Notes under the pieces: model-generated
Database searches by the model: none
The model's input: the letters and a program-made list of their open reading frames with translations, nothing else
Told to the model about the DNA's origin: nothing
Origin: Narcine bancroftii
Taxonomy: Eukaryota
Assembly: GCF_036971445.1 (NCBI RefSeq)
Contig: NC_091470.1
Span: 96,968,001-97,032,000, forward strand
Direction: 5' to 3'
Length of the DNA stretch: 64,000 nt
Shown here: in pieces, positions 60,346-64,000 of the stretch
How the letters are laid out: the number at the start of each line of letters is the position of its first letter
Numbering within the stretch: position 1 is the stretch's first letter
Program-made: the position numbers and the translations under genes

Positions 60346-61179
60346 CCTACTTTGAAGTCCAAATCATTTACAAATACTGTACCAAGGAACCTCGCTCTGA
60401 GGGATCTATCTCACTCGGCCTTTGAGCAGGAGATTTTAAACTGGCGCACCTGGGTAATCCTCTTGGGACCCAGGTGTGTTTAATGGGTCTAGGGTGCTCC
60501 CAGCATCTTTTAACCTGCAGGGGGATCCCACCCCCGTGATGACGCGGTGAGTGACGCAACACCCACTCACCAGATGAAATGAAGTAAAAGATTTTAACCT
60601 TATTCCCCTTGAGAAGCACGTTTAAACCACGTTATAATATCCCCTTTCCTGACCTGCACTGCTGAGTTCTTCCTCTACATTTGAACTTGGCACCAACATG
60701 CTACCCAGTGACACACGCACGCAAGCGCTGGCGTCACTGGAATAATCGGGTCGGCCATTTTTGTTTTCAAGCCGCCGGTGGACGAGAACTAAAGTTTAAT
60801 TGGGTTCCCTGATTACCTCCGAGGTAGGGTAGGGACCTGTTTGATTTTGGAGCCCGCTGACTGGGTCGGATCCTTTCAAGCTGTCTTATGAGTGGGGCGA
60901 TAACCAAGCAAATTAACCCCATTTTACAAGGCAGCTTGAAAACACCCAGCATCTCCAACTATTGTCAACCTTGCTGTCTTCCACTGAGCTAACATTCTCT
61001 CAATTAATCATTTTCCTACAAGTTATGAAACTCCCAAGCTTTTCTTTGTCAAAACCTTCAAGTAATTTTGCTGAACTTTGACCTTATTAGAGGACATAAA
61101 CTCAGTTTTCAAAACCTTAAATGTTTGCAGTTGCTCTAAAATAAAATTCCTTTGGAAACTTGCATAAGTTTTGGATATT

Positions 61180-61690
61180 TTTTGGACATACAACACAGTA
61201 ACAACCCCTTTCGGCCCACGAACCCATACCACCCAATTACACTCAATTGACCTCCAACCCCCGCATGTTTTGAAGGGTGGGTGGAAACCAGAATATCTGT
61301 TGGAAAACCCATGCAGATACAGGGAGAGCATACAAACTCCTTGCAGACAGCACCGATTTGAACCTGGCATGGTAATATCGTTGCGCTAACTGCTATGTGC
61401 CATGGTGCTGCCCAAGTAATAGGACCAGCAACAAGAGAAGGCTAGTTCACCTCCCCCCCAAGTTTAAATTACAGCATGGTAATGAGCCATTTCGGCCCAT
61501 GAGTCCGTGTCGCCCAATTTACACCCAATCAACCTACACCCCCAGTACGTTTCGAACGGAGGGAGAAAACTGGAGCCCCTGGGGAAAACTATCACATACA
61601 CGGGGAGAACATACAAACTCCTTACAGACAACGCGGGATTCAAACCCCAGTCGCTGGTGCTGTAAAGGCACTGTGCTAACCACTACACCA
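61180..61690 (-). mobile_element. Two adjacent V-SINE copies (about 61180-61395 and 61465-61690)
   Basis: Both contain the family core in the same orientation. Confidence 0.75.
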
Positions 61691-63604
61691 ATCAGGCCAT
61701 CCGCACACCACAATTTGCCAGGATCCTGCCTAATCCAACACTATCCCCCCCTCCCCCCCAACACCCTTATAGACCAAATATCAGTCACTTCTTGTTTAGT
61801 GTTTTCTATGACTCAGCTCTGGGTGAAGGGATCCCAGAGTCATAAACTCTTGAAAAGAACCCCCTCCTCCATCCAAGTCGTTAAATCATCGAAGCCCTGT
61901 CACTGGTCCCTATGGCACCCCATTAATTACTAACTGCCAATCTGAAAATGGCCCATCCATGTTTTTGTTTGTTAGCCTTTCTCCTACTACATGACTCCAA
62001 ACTCTATGCACTCTTTATCTTGTTGGGTAAGTGACACTGTGCCAATGACATTTAGAAATTCAAATACACAGCATCTGTTTTTTCTCCGTTGTCCACCCCC
62101 CTCCCCTCAAAGAACTCCAGAAAACTTCCCAAACATTTTTCTTTCACGAAACAATCTGCCATGAACCATGAACCTTGAGAATTTGCTACCATGTGCAGTC
62201 ATGGAGGCCAGGCCGCTGGGCATATTTAACCCAGAGATTGATAGGTATTTGAATAGTCAGGGTATCAAAGAACATGGGGAGGAAGCAGGGAAGTGGGGCT
62301 GAGTAGGAGAATGGATCAGCTCACGATGGAACGGCGGAGCAGACTTGATGAGCTGAATCTGCTCCTATAGCTTATGGTGTATATATAATATATGGCAACA
62401 TGCCTTAATAATGGATTCCAGCATTTTCCTAACGACAGATGTTAGATTTGTTGAGCCTATACTGTTTTTCCTCTTTCCTGTCTTTCTTAAATAGGGGTAC
62501 AGGTTTAGAACCCTTTATCCGAAATGCATGGGACCAGAAGTGTTTTGGATTTTTTCAGATTTTGGAGACCATTTAAAAAATGCCCTCATTCATTAAGACG
62601 TAAAGACACATACACTCACATTACAATACAAATATTTACATATGCACAAACTAATTGAAGTGGGCATACTACGTCTCGTTCTCTGATCGGGATTTCTGAA
62701 CTCTATTACGTACCTGATTTTCCCATCAGCTGCAAACCCTCCTGAAATGATGGTTGGTTTTAACCAATATATTCAACATGCCTGCAGTTTCTTTGATTAC
62801 AGGAGGGTTTTGGAGGTTCTGTGGCTGAGAATACTCTGGACACCAGTGAGGGGATTTTGGACCATAAGGGAATGGAGGGATGGGGTTCCGCAAGAAAGTT
62901 GTTCTCACTTCCCACTTCTGTTTCTTCAAATGATGTCTGTTTTATTCACCTTAAGCCGTACTTATTTGGAATGCTGAAACCGCGTTAAATTAGATGGGCA
63001 ATCCTTGTCAAAATAATCAAATGTTGTTGGCCACAGGGAAAAATTAAACAAACTTTTCCTAGCATAATTTAAATGAAGATAATGTAGGGTAATGAGATAA
63101 TATTACAGTTTATTCCAAAAGCCGTCCATTGGGAAAACTAAAAAAGCTGATTCCAAATAGGAATGTGGAAATGGGAGTGTGCAACGAGCTTCTAACTGAA
63201 GAGGTAAATGCGGGCTCAATTTTAAGAAGAACTTGGACAGGTACATGGATGGGAGAGCTATGGTTCTATATAACCTGTAGGATACTAAACTATTTAGGGT
63301 TGGGTAATTAAGCCACAGAGTCAAACAAATTGGAATGAGTAATTCATGCACGAATTGTACCAAGTGTTGTGCCAATTGATACATGGCCATACACAGATTT
63401 TGCTTTAGTATGTGTAATTGGACAGACCGTTTTTCAAATTTGATTTTACATGTATTGCTGCTATTTTTACGAGCTACTACTTGGTTAGATTCAACTAATG
63501 AAGTTGAAAGTGTGTTTCATTGCAGAACTTAATGTGGTCAGTGTTAGCCCTCATGTCAATGAGGTAATTTTTAAATTCTTCATTTTAAAAATGTACATTT
63601 TAAT

Positions 63605-63805
63605 ATAGAACACAGTAACAGGCCCTTTCAGCCCATGAGCCCCGTACTATCCAATTACGCCCAATTGACCTTCAACTCCCAGTACATTTTGAAAGGTGGG
63701 AGGAAACGGAGCCCCCGGGGTAAACTCACGCAGACACAGGGAGAACGTACAAACTCTTTACAGACAGCGTGGGATTCGAACTCTGGTCCTGATTGCTGGC
63801 GCTGT
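63605..63805 (-). mobile_element. V-SINE (HE1-like)
   Basis: Family core and reverse B-box 'ggattcgaac'. Confidence 0.75.
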
Positions 63806-64000
63806 CCGGTTAAATTGCTCTAAAAATATCTTCAACTTTATATTCTAGTTAGAGCTGCCTGCAGCAATGAATTCCTCAACACTTAATGAAGAATATTCAA
63901 AGTGTGATAGTTGTTGAGCTATCATTAAAAAAAATTGGATTCTTCTCAAACAACTACAGTTAACATTCACCCTGGGATTGTGGCCAAATTTGTCTGAAGC

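Noticed and set aside
62714-63060. Possible DKK4 penultimate exon (minus-strand donor-like CAG|GTACGT at 62714)
   Set aside because: The required frame hits TAA at 62760-62762 and shows no DKK similarity. The upstream exons probably lie beyond the window or were not recognisable.

Overview
This is vertebrate genomic DNA, almost certainly from a cartilaginous fish (inferred from HE1/V-SINE-type SINEs and abundant CR1, Rex1/Babar, Penelope and L1 relics). The + strand carries the last seven coding exons of DNA polymerase beta (POLB, equivalent to human exons 8-14, positions 3658-52423). All splice sites are canonical, exon lengths match the human gene (55/73/71/87/65/140/95 nt), and the catalytic residues D190/D192/D256 are intact. 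The - strand carries the terminal coding exon of a Dickkopf gene (56653-56906), best called DKK4, lying tail-to-tail with POLB as in human 8p11. The introns are mostly transposable elements. I found no convincing novel protein-coding or CRISPR-like system; the long ORFs come from TEs or tandem repeats. The most interesting signals are: inverted TE pairs bracketing POLB exons 11, 12 and 13; a solo LTR inserted 26 nt upstream of a splice acceptor; a twin-primed (5'-inverted) L1 with a target-site duplication (TSD); two fold-back templated duplications; a 33-bp minisatellite grown out of a LINE coding segment; a MITE family carrying different G-rich minisatellites; and a TCF/SOX/TEAD motif cluster that could be a DKK4 enhancer inside a POLB intron.
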